A stretch of 64,000 bases of DNA. Source: an uncultured candidate division Zixibacteria bacterium. GTDB taxonomy: Bacteria; Zixibacteria; MSB-5A5; UBA10806. The translations under genes were made by a program, and so were the position numbers. Positions 8,340-17,301 of the stretch are shown piece by piece. How positions within the stretch are numbered: the stretch's first letter is position 1; each line of letters begins with the position of its first letter. The notes below the pieces were generated by a model. That model saw only the letters and a program-made list of their open reading frames with translations, did not search any database and was not told the DNA's origin. The stretch covers positions 256,001 to 320,000 of the forward strand of contig CAWFQL010000017.1 in NCBI GenBank assembly GCA_963817915.1, written 5' to 3'.

Positions 8340-9864
8340 AAAGCCTCCAGATGTAACGTAAGTGGTCTTATCCATCCAAATCATTGGAGCACCAGCCCGG
8401 AATGGGCGGCGGCCCCAGACCTTTATAGTAATTTATCATGTAGGTTATATCCATTAGATTTACCAGACAGTCCCCGTTGGAATCTGCTCTCAAGCGTGGC
8501 TCAGGAATTGGCTCAGCATGATATTTTATATAGTTTATCAAAAAGACAATGTCTAAACCGTTGGTTACGCCATCTGCGTTAACATCGCCCGGAAAATAAC
8601 TTGAAGCTACTCTGAAGACATCGGTCAGCACTTGCGTAGATGTCTTGGGATTCAGGATAATATCGCGACTCCCGGGCATTTTGAATTTTCTAATATATGA
8701 ATAATCGTTGGAAGCTCTGAATCTTAATATTTCATCCCAGGTATTATTGGCCGAAGATCTCAATATTGTAATATAAGACCCGGTGCACAACGCTATCTCG
8801 GATTCACTTTCTCCAGTGAAATTACCAACCAAGATATCACCGTCAGAATACCAATAACCCCTAAATCCTTGTCTATAAACTAATTCAAAATCATTATCAC
8901 CAACGGCTTCAAAAATAGAATAGGTTTGGCCGCTCAAAAAATTTTGAGCGACCATGAACTCATTATTGCCATCATGATCGGTATCTCCAATAAATTCGGA
9001 TGAATAGGCGTTAGGGCCTCCGGCGTTACCTTGCCATACGAATTCAAATGAATCATCAACCACATTTTCAAACATGATAATTTCTCCATGAATCCCGCCG
9101 GCAAATATCTCAATCCTGCCGTCTCCATCAATATCCCCCCAACTTGGTTCGCCTTCGTAATCATGCACGTAATCATCGAACCTTATTGCGGTTTTATATT
9201 CATATTCATGCTGGCTATTTATGCCATATACTTGATATCCAAGCCAAACTCTTCCATTAGGATAGAATAGAATTTCGTCCAGTCCATTATTGTCGACATC
9301 CCCTAACTTGGCGTCTAAAATGCAGTCGCAATTCTGCCCTATTGACCATATTATTGTGTCCGGATAGCTGTAATAATTGCGACTTTCATACAGGCCTAAT
9401 TGGAGGTGATTATACGTCAAAATCTCCATAAGACTGTCTCCATCAGTGTCGCCATAGGACATGACGGCTCCTATTTGGCCCCGATTAAGTATATCAAAAT
9501 TCCAAGGCGCAATCAATGTATCCAGATATAGAAATTCGCGGTACCAACCATATATCTCATCGGTACCTGAATGATTTAGGTCCGCTCGCTTCAAGTGCCG
9601 CATACCATGGAAGGTTGTCAATCTTTCGAAATAGTACCAGGGTTTGATAGCGTCATCAGTGGCTATTTCGGGCGGTAAAGGCTGACCATTATCCTGGCCG
9701 GATGGGCCTATCCAGTATGGCCTGATAAAACCGGTCTGCGGGTCTTTGATTTCTATTCTATTGCTATCCTGGCTGACAATCTCATATCCCGGCGGGATAT
9801 CAATCGCCATTGCCATGACAGGAATCAGCCATATTAAAAAAGCTTTCAGAAAGCCTCCAGATGT
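6860..9864. repeat. Tandem gene duplication, unit about 1.5 kb
   Basis: Near-identical 5' ends including the SD, and near-identical 3' ends. An identical block of about 105 bp at 7053-7157 and 8569-8673 (offset 1516). Confidence 0.9.
8368..9849 (-). CDS. Secreted FG-GAP-like repeat protein with C-terminal dockerin type I domain (paralog B), probable CTG start
   Basis: Same architecture as paralog A. GGAGG SD then CTG AAA GCT TTT TTA ATA TGG at the position homologous to A's TTG start. Confidence 0.8.
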   Translation of the reverse strand: MKAFLIWLIPVMAMAIDIPPGYEIVSQDSNRIEIKDPQTGFIRPYWIGPSGQDNGQPLPPEIATDDAIKPWYYFERLTTFHGMRHLKRADLNHSGTDEIYGWYREFLYLDTLIAPWNFDILNRGQIGAVMSYGDTDGDSLMEILTYNHLQLGLYESRNYYSYPDTIIWSIGQNCDCILDAKLGDVDNNGLDEILFYPNGRVWLGYQVYGINSQHEYEYKTAIRFDDYVHDYEGEPSWGDIDGDGRIEIFAGGIHGEIIMFENVVDDSFEFVWQGNAGGPNAYSSEFIGDTDHDGNNEFMVAQNFLSGQTYSIFEAVGDNDFELVYRQGFRGYWYSDGDILVGNFTGESESEIALCTGSYITILRSSANNTWDEILRFRASNDYSYIRKFKMPGSRDIILNPKTSTQVLTDVFRVASSYFPGDVNADGVTNGLDIVFLINYIKYHAEPIPEPRLRADSNGDCLVNLMDITYMINYYKGLGPPPIPGWCSNDLDG

Positions 9865-9871
9865 TTGTATA

Positions 9872-9900
9872 AATTTATTATCGGATCAAAGGCTTGTCAA
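9872..9900 (-). promoter_or_regulatory. Putative sigma70 promoter for the dockerin gene pair
   Basis: Minus strand TTGACA-17 nt-TAAATT. Confidence 0.55.
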
Positions 9901-9968
9901 GTGAAAAAGGAGGTAAAAATCCTTAATATGTATTGATTGAGTCATTTCTCCTAATGCTATTGAAGTTT

Positions 9969-11258
9969 TTAGCTATGATTTTGGCCTGTTATCAGGCGCG
10001 CGCCGCGCTTGCGTGTGATGTAATTCCAGGCCCATTGAAATAAGACAAGCATTTTGTTATCAAATTCAATCAAATAACCAATATGCACGAATACCCAGAT
10101 CACCCATGCAAGGAATCCGCTGAATTTTAATAATCCGAAATCCGCTACGGCCGCGTTTCGGCCTATGACAGCGAGATTACCCTTATTGAAATAATGAAAC
10201 GGCTCAGACGATTTCCCTTTGATCCGATTTAATATAAGATTCGCGGCGTATCGTCCTTCCTGCATAGCGACCGGGGCGGTGCCAGGTAACAAATTGCCTT
10301 TTTTGTCTTTAAGAACTGCAAGATCGCCGATAACGATAATTTCAGGATGTTTAGGCAATGATAAATCAGGTGATACGAATAGCCTTCCCGCCCTATCGAC
10401 CGTTGCTCCGGTCTGTGCCGCGATAATTTGTCCCAACGATGAAGCCTTAATCCCGGCTGCCCATAAAATGCATTTTGAATTGATGATTTCCTCTTTGTCA
10501 CCAGACTTAATCATCACACTGTCTGAACGAACATCGATCACCATTGTATTGGTCTTCACCGACACTCCAAGGCGATTTAATGATTTCTCTGCCTTGAAAG
10601 AAAGCGATTCAGGATATGACGGCAGTATTCGGGACGCGCCTTCTATGAGATAGATTTTTGTATCCGCGGGATTTATATTTCGAAAATCATCTTTCAAAGT
10701 CTTAAATGCCAATTCGCCAAGCGCCCCTGCCAATTCGACACCGGTCGGGCCCCCGCCAATCACTATAAATGTCATCCATGCGGCTCTCATGGATGAATCT
10801 TTTTCTTTCTCGGCATTTTCATACATCTGGAAAATATGGCTTCTGATATTGATGGCGTCCTCGATTGTCTTAAGGCCGGGAGCGATTTTAGACCATTGAT
10901 CGTTGCCGAAGTAATGATGAGATGAGCCTGCCGATACGATCAACGAATCGTATGGATATTTATCATCGTCAACCAGCACATATTTTGCAGCAGTATCGAT
11001 AAATTTGGCTTCTCCCTGAATTACTCTGATATTCTTATAACGGTTGAGCACGGCGCGAAGAGGAGAGGCGATATCACCGGGTGATAATCCACCGGTTGCC
11101 ACCTGATATAGAAGCGGCTGAAATAAATGGAAATTTCGCTTATCGATAATTGTCACTTCGACTGGTTTGTCACCCAAAGTCTTGGCGGCATACAAACCGC
11201 CGAATCCTCCGCCGATAATAACCACTCGATGCCAGCTTTTATTTTCCTTAATATCCAT
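9969..11258 (-). CDS. ndh: Type II NADH:quinone oxidoreductase
   Basis: VVIIGGGFGG, FQPLLYQVATG, VIGGGPTGVELAG, WAAG, IGD. Confidence 0.9.
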   Translation of the reverse strand: MDIKENKSWHRVVIIGGGFGGLYAAKTLGDKPVEVTIIDKRNFHLFQPLLYQVATGGLSPGDIASPLRAVLNRYKNIRVIQGEAKFIDTAAKYVLVDDDKYPYDSLIVSAGSSHHYFGNDQWSKIAPGLKTIEDAINIRSHIFQMYENAEKEKDSSMRAAWMTFIVIGGGPTGVELAGALGELAFKTLKDDFRNINPADTKIYLIEGASRILPSYPESLSFKAEKSLNRLGVSVKTNTMVIDVRSDSVMIKSGDKEEIINSKCILWAAGIKASSLGQIIAAQTGATVDRAGRLFVSPDLSLPKHPEIIVIGDLAVLKDKKGNLLPGTAPVAMQEGRYAANLILNRIKGKSSEPFHYFNKGNLAVIGRNAAVADFGLLKFSGFLAWVIWVFVHIGYLIEFDNKMLVLFQWAWNYITRKRGARLITGQNHS

Positions 11259-11309
11259 AAACTATGACTTGAACCAAATGCTATGAAGTGCTGTTCCCTG
11301 ATGAAGAAA

Positions 11310-12584
11310 TCAGATTTTGTTACTTATCATCTTAGCGCCGGAAATTCCCGCGAGGTAGCCGCTCGAGAATGCCCATTGCAGATTGAAGCCGCCCGTAGGC
11401 CCGTCGATATCGATTGTCTCACCCGCGAAGAATAACCCGTTAACAATTTTGCTTTCAAGCGTATTAGGGTTGATCTCTCTGATGTCGATGCCGCCACGGG
11501 TTGCCATAGCGTGCTGGAATCCCTCGCTTTTCGCGATATGCAATCGATGAGCCATGATCGATGATATCAATGACTGCATTTGCGGTTTTGTGAGATCGGC
11601 TACACGCTTGTCGGCAAGATTGCCTGCCTGATTACAGAGTATTTCGGCCAATGATGACGGTAGATATTGATCTATGATGTTTTTTGCCAATTTCTTTGGG
11701 GAATCCAATCTCGCCTGATTTATTTTGTTTTGCCATTGTTCCGCGGAAATATCCGGCGCGAAATCTATCCGAATCGGAACAGGATTTTTCTGGAGAAGTA
11801 ATTCCGCGACATCGCCTGAAATATCATGAACAACAGGCCCGGATAATCCTCGGTGAGTAAATACAAGATCGCCTGTAACTCCCGTCTTGTTTTGTTTAGG
11901 CAAATCGATCCAGATTCGAGCGGGCGAAATCGAAACTCCGGCGCATCTGCCCGGCCAATTTTCTCTCGCAATCAGAGGGACAAGGGCAGGCGTAGGGCTG
12001 ACAATTCTATGCCCGGAATCGGCGGCCATTTGATACCCATCGCCGGTCGCGCCTAAATGAGGATATCCTTTTCCGCCCGACGCAATTACAACAAATTTCG
12101 ATTTAATATCTCCATTCGACGAAATCACGCCGACGATTTTGCTGTTGGATATTTTTAATTTTTCGATACGCGTATTGTAGAAGATGCTAATACTTAAAGC
12201 CAGACATCGATTTTCTAAAGCATCCCGAACAGTTTTCGCCGAATCGGTCACCGGAAAGACATGATAGCCATCTTCAGCGATTGTCCTGACATTAATATTT
12301 GCTAAATATTTGATCAACGCTTTCGAATCGAATGACGAAATAGCGGGACGCATAAATTTGCCATGTTTTCCAAAGCGATTTAGAAACTCATAGTTTTGCA
12401 AGGTGTTGGTGATATTGCATCTGCCCCCGCCGGTTGCCAGAAGCTTAGTGCCTGACTGCTTGAGATATTCACAGATGATTACTCTGGCGCCATTTTCGGC
12501 GGCTGCGATTGCTGCCATTAATCCAGCGGGCCCCGCACCAATGACTACTACATCAGTCGATTCAATTTTGCTTTTCCTAATCAC
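11310..12584 (-). CDS. HI0933/YhiN (BaiN) family flavoprotein
   Basis: IGAGPAGL, KLLATGGGRCNITN, FTHRGLSGP, GGFNLQWAFSSG. Confidence 0.9.
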   Translation of the reverse strand: MIRKSKIESTDVVVIGAGPAGLMAAIAAAENGARVIICEYLKQSGTKLLATGGGRCNITNTLQNYEFLNRFGKHGKFMRPAISSFDSKALIKYLANINVRTIAEDGYHVFPVTDSAKTVRDALENRCLALSISIFYNTRIEKLKISNSKIVGVISSNGDIKSKFVVIASGGKGYPHLGATGDGYQMAADSGHRIVSPTPALVPLIARENWPGRCAGVSISPARIWIDLPKQNKTGVTGDLVFTHRGLSGPVVHDISGDVAELLLQKNPVPIRIDFAPDISAEQWQNKINQARLDSPKKLAKNIIDQYLPSSLAEILCNQAGNLADKRVADLTKPQMQSLISSIMAHRLHIAKSEGFQHAMATRGGIDIREINPNTLESKIVNGLFFAGETIDIDGPTGGFNLQWAFSSGYLAGISGAKMISNKI

Positions 12585-12622
12585 GAACAGATTATGACTA
12601 AATCCTGCAATGAGAGCAATAT

Positions 12623-12647
12623 AAAAAGAGGCCTCGAACGGCCTCTT
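12623..12647 (-). terminator. Intrinsic terminator after malic enzyme
   Basis: Minus strand AAGAGGCC-GTTCGA-GGCCTCTT-TTT. Confidence 0.7.
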
Positions 12648-12684
12648 GGAAATTTAGCATTCAAAGTCAGGGGCAGGTGTGATT

Positions 12685-14406
12685 CTAAATTCGTGCCCTT
12701 CTATACGGATAGTAATGGGGAATCCACATAGCTTTTCTAATCAATTCAGCCAGCCGTTCATCGGATACGATCATTCCAAGCCCCTCATCGCGGGCCTGCT
12801 TGGCCACTGCCATAGCGACATTAAAGGAAACTTCGCGAATATTATCGAGCGATGGCAATAGCTGACCTTCAGCTTTTTGCTGCGATGTAACCATTTCTGA
12901 TACCGCCTTGCTGGCGGCAGAAAACATGCTATTGGTGATCTTAGACGCCTGGCAGACAAGCGCTCCCAAGCCCATTCCGGGAAAGATGTACAGATTATTA
13001 CATTGAGAGCAAAATACCTTCTTGCCGTCCGGCCCCACAAATGGCTCAAACGGGCTTCCTGTCGCGATAAGCGCCTTTCCCTTGGTGGCTTTATAGATTG
13101 TTTCCGGCGACGCTTCGCATCTGGCCGTGGGATTGGAAAGCGCGAATACAATGGGACGTTCAGTATGCGACGATAATTCCTGCAATAAGGCATTATCGAA
13201 CGCTCCGGGTTGCGCCGATAGCCCGATCAGAATTGTCGCCCTGGAATATTTAATAACTTCCGCGAGATTCGGCGCGCGATCTTTGGGTATTGACCAATTT
13301 GCTATCGTCTCTTTAGGTTGTAGGAAATATTTTTGATAAGGATCGTCGGTGGAGCCTTCGATTAAAAGGCCGTTTTTATCGACCGCGAAAATTTGCCTCT
13401 TCCCCTGGCTCAACGGTGTGCCGTCTTCGCTTTGCATCAGATTAATAATGGCATTGGCGACTCCGCTCCCCGCCTGGCCAAATCCATAAATCACGATTCG
13501 TTCATTGGAAAGCGGGCAGCCCTTGATTTTGACAGCTGTTCTGAGTGCGGTCGCGGCGATAGCCCCGGTACCCTGGATATCATCATTGAAGCTCAATATT
13601 CTCTCCGAGTAGCGATTGAGAATTGTCATGGCATGGTCCTTGCCGAAATCCTCCCATTGGATCAAAGCTTTTGGGAAAACTCGCTGGACACCCTGAATCA
13701 TCCGCTCGATAACATCGAAGTAAGCTTCGCCGCTCAATCGTTTTTTGCGCACTCCGATATAAAGCGGATCATTCAACAGCTTCTCATTATTGGTGCCGAC
13801 ATCCACGCAGATTGGCAAAGTCGATGCCGGATGAATTCCTGCCGCGGCTATATATAAAGCTATTTTGCCAATTGGAATTCCCATGCCATCCGCTCCCAAA
13901 TCGCCGTAGCCAAGAATCCGTTCCCCGTCGGTCGCGACTATCAGGGAGATATTGGGCAATCCAATATTTTGGAGAATCTGCTCGATAGAATTTACATTCT
14001 TGGGTGTGACATAGATGCCCCGGAAGTGGCGAATAATATGGGACAACTCCAAGCATGCCAGGCCGACTGTGGGCGTATAGACAATTGGCAGCATTTCCTC
14101 GATATGACGGCTCAATAACGCGAAATATACTGTCTCATTACGATCGCGCAGGGCCATTAAATTGACATATTTCTCGAGATCGGTAGCTTTGGATTTATAA
14201 ATACCATAATTTCTATCGATCTGTTCTTCAAGTGTGCCAATCGTGTCCGGCATCAATCCGACCAAATCCAGCTCGACTCTTTCAGCCAGCGGAAATGAAT
14301 GTCCTTTGTTTAGCAAGGGATCCTGCAAGAGCGGCCGACCGGACAAAAACACATTGTAATATATTTCGTGGGTCAGGGGATCCACGCGCATTTCAAATCG
14401 TTTCAT
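12685..14406 (-). CDS. maeA: NAD-dependent malic enzyme (MaeA type)
   Basis: PIVYTPTVG, VATDGERILG, QWEDF, FNDDIQGTG, FALSNPT, ATGSPF. Confidence 0.9.
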   Translation of the reverse strand: MKRFEMRVDPLTHEIYYNVFLSGRPLLQDPLLNKGHSFPLAERVELDLVGLMPDTIGTLEEQIDRNYGIYKSKATDLEKYVNLMALRDRNETVYFALLSRHIEEMLPIVYTPTVGLACLELSHIIRHFRGIYVTPKNVNSIEQILQNIGLPNISLIVATDGERILGYGDLGADGMGIPIGKIALYIAAAGIHPASTLPICVDVGTNNEKLLNDPLYIGVRKKRLSGEAYFDVIERMIQGVQRVFPKALIQWEDFGKDHAMTILNRYSERILSFNDDIQGTGAIAATALRTAVKIKGCPLSNERIVIYGFGQAGSGVANAIINLMQSEDGTPLSQGKRQIFAVDKNGLLIEGSTDDPYQKYFLQPKETIANWSIPKDRAPNLAEVIKYSRATILIGLSAQPGAFDNALLQELSSHTERPIVFALSNPTARCEASPETIYKATKGKALIATGSPFEPFVGPDGKKVFCSQCNNLYIFPGMGLGALVCQASKITNSMFSAASKAVSEMVTSQQKAEGQLLPSLDNIREVSFNVAMAVAKQARDEGLGMIVSDERLAELIRKAMWIPHYYPYRRARI

Positions 14407-14444
14407 TAATAGAGCTCCTTAAATTGAAAAAATCACTTATTGTG

Positions 14445-14474
14445 AAAAATAATGCTGATTATTACTCAGCATTA
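14445..14474 (-). terminator. Terminator-like hairpin within the maeA 5' leader
   Basis: Minus strand TAATGCTGA-GTAATAA-TCAGCATTA-TTTTT, about 40 nt upstream of the start codon. Confidence 0.45.
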
Positions 14475-14565
14475 ATTGTCAGAAATGCTGCCAATGGGGT
14501 ATATCATCTAAAATATCTTTGCAAAAGGCTCGCATTTCTCCAACCCATCATCTACCCATTATTGC

Positions 14566-14593
14566 ATATTATCTTTTTTAATTTCAATGTCAA
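14566..14593 (-). promoter_or_regulatory. Putative sigma70 promoter for maeA
   Basis: Minus strand TTGACA-16 nt-TAATAT. Confidence 0.5.
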
Positions 14594-14787
14594 TTTTAAA
14601 CTTATTTTATTGTTTCGGCGTTATCGCTAATTGGCACTGATTTAATATCTGGAAAAAGCATTGTGTATATCGTACAACTATTCTTGAGAAAGGTTGAAGT
14701 ATGCGCACCCAAACGCCGATTACCATAACAGCTTGCAATAATCGCGGGTAAATTGAAAATAGCCATTTAATAATAAAGGATGGGAAA

Positions 14788-15711
14788 ATGCCATTAGTGC
14801 CACTGAATGAAATATACTCGGATGCCAACAAGAAATTTTATGCGATTGGCCAATTTAATGTCAATGATCTGGAGTTCGTGCAGGCGGCATTAGAGGCGGC
14901 CGAAGAGCTGAAATCGCCCGCGATATTGGCGGCTTCCACAAGCGCGCAGAAATTCGCGGGGCTCGATTATCTTTCCGCCATTGTGAAGACGGGTGCGAAA
15001 AAGGTCTCTGTTCCGATTGCGCTGCATCTCGATCACGGGGCGACTTTCGATGACGCCGAAAAGTGTATCGAGGCCGGATTCACATCGGTGATGATCGATG
15101 GGTCCCATCTATCATTGGATGAGAATATCAAACTGACTCGCCAGGTAGTCGAGCTTGCCCACAAGCATAATGTCACGGTCGAGGCCGAGCTCGGCAGACT
15201 TGGCGGAATAGAAGATGAAATCAAGGTCGATGCCCACGAGGCCAATCTGACCGATCCCGATGACGCGGAACGTTTCATCAAAGAAACAGGTTGTGATTCT
15301 TTGGCTATAGCCGTGGGTACAAGCCATGGCGCCTATAAATTCAAGGGAGAAGCGAAACTTGATTTTAATCGCATCGAGATAATCAAAAAACGTCTGGGGA
15401 TACCCCTGGTACTTCATGGAGCCAGCGGAGTGCCGGAAGAACTGATAAATAAACTCACTAAATACGGCGGCAAGGTCCCCGGCGCGAAAGGCGTGCCGGA
15501 TGATGCCTATCGTGAGGCCATCAAACGAGGGATTAATAAAATAAATATCGATACCGATTTGAGACTGGCATTTACGGCCTCGATCAGGGAGACATTTGCC
15601 ACTAAGCCGGAAGAATTCGATCCCAGGAAAATACTCGGTCCGGCCCGGCAGGCTGTTAAAGATATTATTAAACAAAAGATTCAATTATTCGGGAGCGCAG
15701 GAAGGGCATAA
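14788..15711 (+). CDS. fba: Class II fructose-1,6-bisphosphate aldolase
   Basis: ALHLDHG, SVMIDGS, VEAELG, GTSHGAYK, LVLHGAS, KINIDTD. Confidence 0.93.
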   Translation: MPLVPLNEIYSDANKKFYAIGQFNVNDLEFVQAALEAAEELKSPAILAASTSAQKFAGLDYLSAIVKTGAKKVSVPIALHLDHGATFDDAEKCIEAGFTSVMIDGSHLSLDENIKLTRQVVELAHKHNVTVEAELGRLGGIEDEIKVDAHEANLTDPDDAERFIKETGCDSLAIAVGTSHGAYKFKGEAKLDFNRIEIIKKRLGIPLVLHGASGVPEELINKLTKYGGKVPGAKGVPDDAYREAIKRGINKINIDTDLRLAFTASIRETFATKPEEFDPRKILGPARQAVKDIIKQKIQLFGSAGRA

Positions 15712-15722
15712 TTGGGGGCAAA

Positions 15723-17240
15723 ATGAACAAAGGTTTAAATATCGCATCCTACGGTGAGAATGTGACAATCTCAAAACAAAAGAAGGCGTCAGGTAAAAGC
15801 GGGGAATTTAATTACAACGAGAGTTTTGTCAAAGACAACACGATAAAGCTCGACATCACCTATATTTTGAATTCGCCGGAGAAATATCCATTTATATCGA
15901 AAGATGATTTTGACCGGATCGCCCCCGAAGTAATAAAAAACCATATTCTCCTTTCCGAGGGAAAAGGCGATTGTATGGATGGCAATATCTCGATGCTTGG
16001 CTGGCAAAGCTTTCCCGATGAAATCGCCAATAGCCATCTCGATGATATTACCAATACCGCGAGGACGCTTTCAAATAAAATCGACGCCTTTGTATCATTG
16101 GGCATCGGCGGCTCATATCTCGGAATCGAAGCGACATTCAAAGCCTTGACTCATAATTATTACAATCAGCTTTCCCGCGAAGATCGCGGGGGATTGCCGG
16201 AATTCTACTTCCTGGGCCAGAATATGGACCCCGACTATTTCAGAGATACGCTCGATATGCTCAAAGGCAAAAGAGTAGCAATCAATGTTATATCCAAATC
16301 TGGTACTACTACCGAAACTGCAATCGCATTTAGAATAATGCGTGACTTGATAGAAAAATGGGCTGGCGATAAATCATCGGAATATATTTTTGCCACTACC
16401 GATAAGGCGAGGGGAGCGTTGAAAAAGCTCGCAGATGAAAAACGGTATAAGACTTATGTCGTGCCCGATGATATCGGCGGAAGATTTTCGGTTTTGACCG
16501 ATGTTGGCCTTTTCAGCCTGGCAGTTGGCGGCATCGATATTTATGAATTTGTCGCCGGATTTCGGCATATGAAAAAGATCGTATCCACTGATAATTTCAT
16601 GACAAATCCCTCGATGGTTCATGCCGCTATCAGGCATCTGGCCTTCACAAAAGGCAAGAAAATCGATGTTGTCGCTGCCAACTCAGCTTCAATCTATCAA
16701 CTGACCAGATGGATGGAGCAACTATTCCCTGAAAGTGAAGGGCATGAGGGGCATGGCATGTGGGTATCGCCGACGATGTATTCCGAGAAGCTCCATGCCA
16801 ATGGCCAGATGGTGCAGGATGGCGAAAGAGATATTCTCGAAACATTCATCAGGCTTCTGAATCATGACAACTCCATTTCAATTCCGTCGGATCAATCGAA
16901 TCTCGATGGGCTGAATTATCTTTCTGATGGTGGCAAAAATATGAATTTCGTCAATAATATCGTAGTCGATGCTCCAGCCTATGCGCATTTTCAGGGCGGA
17001 GTCCCGAACATGATCATCGATTTTCCCAGACGAAACGCCTTCAATATCGGCCAATTGTACTATATGATGGAAAAATCGGTGGCTCTCTCGGGATATTTGA
17101 TGGGTCATAATCCATTTACCCAGCCCGGAGTCGAGGCTTACAAAAAGGCAATGTTTGCTATGGCAGGGAAGCCCGGAAGCGAAAAAGACAAATCTACGCT
17201 TGATGCCTCAATAAAAAGGCTAAAACGCATCATAATCTGA
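15723..17240 (+). CDS. pgi: Glucose-6-phosphate isomerase
   Basis: GIGGSYLG, VISKSGTTTE, DIGGRFSV, NPFTQPGVEAYKK. Confidence 0.9.
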   Translation: MNKGLNIASYGENVTISKQKKASGKSGEFNYNESFVKDNTIKLDITYILNSPEKYPFISKDDFDRIAPEVIKNHILLSEGKGDCMDGNISMLGWQSFPDEIANSHLDDITNTARTLSNKIDAFVSLGIGGSYLGIEATFKALTHNYYNQLSREDRGGLPEFYFLGQNMDPDYFRDTLDMLKGKRVAINVISKSGTTTETAIAFRIMRDLIEKWAGDKSSEYIFATTDKARGALKKLADEKRYKTYVVPDDIGGRFSVLTDVGLFSLAVGGIDIYEFVAGFRHMKKIVSTDNFMTNPSMVHAAIRHLAFTKGKKIDVVAANSASIYQLTRWMEQLFPESEGHEGHGMWVSPTMYSEKLHANGQMVQDGERDILETFIRLLNHDNSISIPSDQSNLDGLNYLSDGGKNMNFVNNIVVDAPAYAHFQGGVPNMIIDFPRRNAFNIGQLYYMMEKSVALSGYLMGHNPFTQPGVEAYKKAMFAMAGKPGSEKDKSTLDASIKRLKRIII

Positions 17241-17301
17241 AAAATCTTCCGATAATACAATTGAAGATTGAATATATGATGTTTATTTAATATTGGGGGA
17301 T

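Noticed and set aside
6855..9864. Diversity-generating retroelement (TR/VR pair) as the explanation for the near-identical repeats
   Set aside because: Both copies are full coding genes, the differences are not restricted to adenines, and no reverse transcriptase is in the window.
14660..14678. Rex-like operator TTGTGTATATCGTACAA upstream of fba
   Set aside because: Spacing is off by one and there are several mismatches to TTGTGAA-N4-TTCACAA.
14406..14788. Replication origin at the gene-orientation switch
   Set aside because: No cluster of DnaA boxes (TTATCCACA) seen and no dnaA/dnaN/gidA context; explained as a divergent promoter region.
15112..15684. 190-aa antisense ORF inside fba, and similar ones inside gdh, maeA, ndh and ftsK
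   Set aside because: Fully overlap conserved genes, carry no motifs, and are expected from codon bias.
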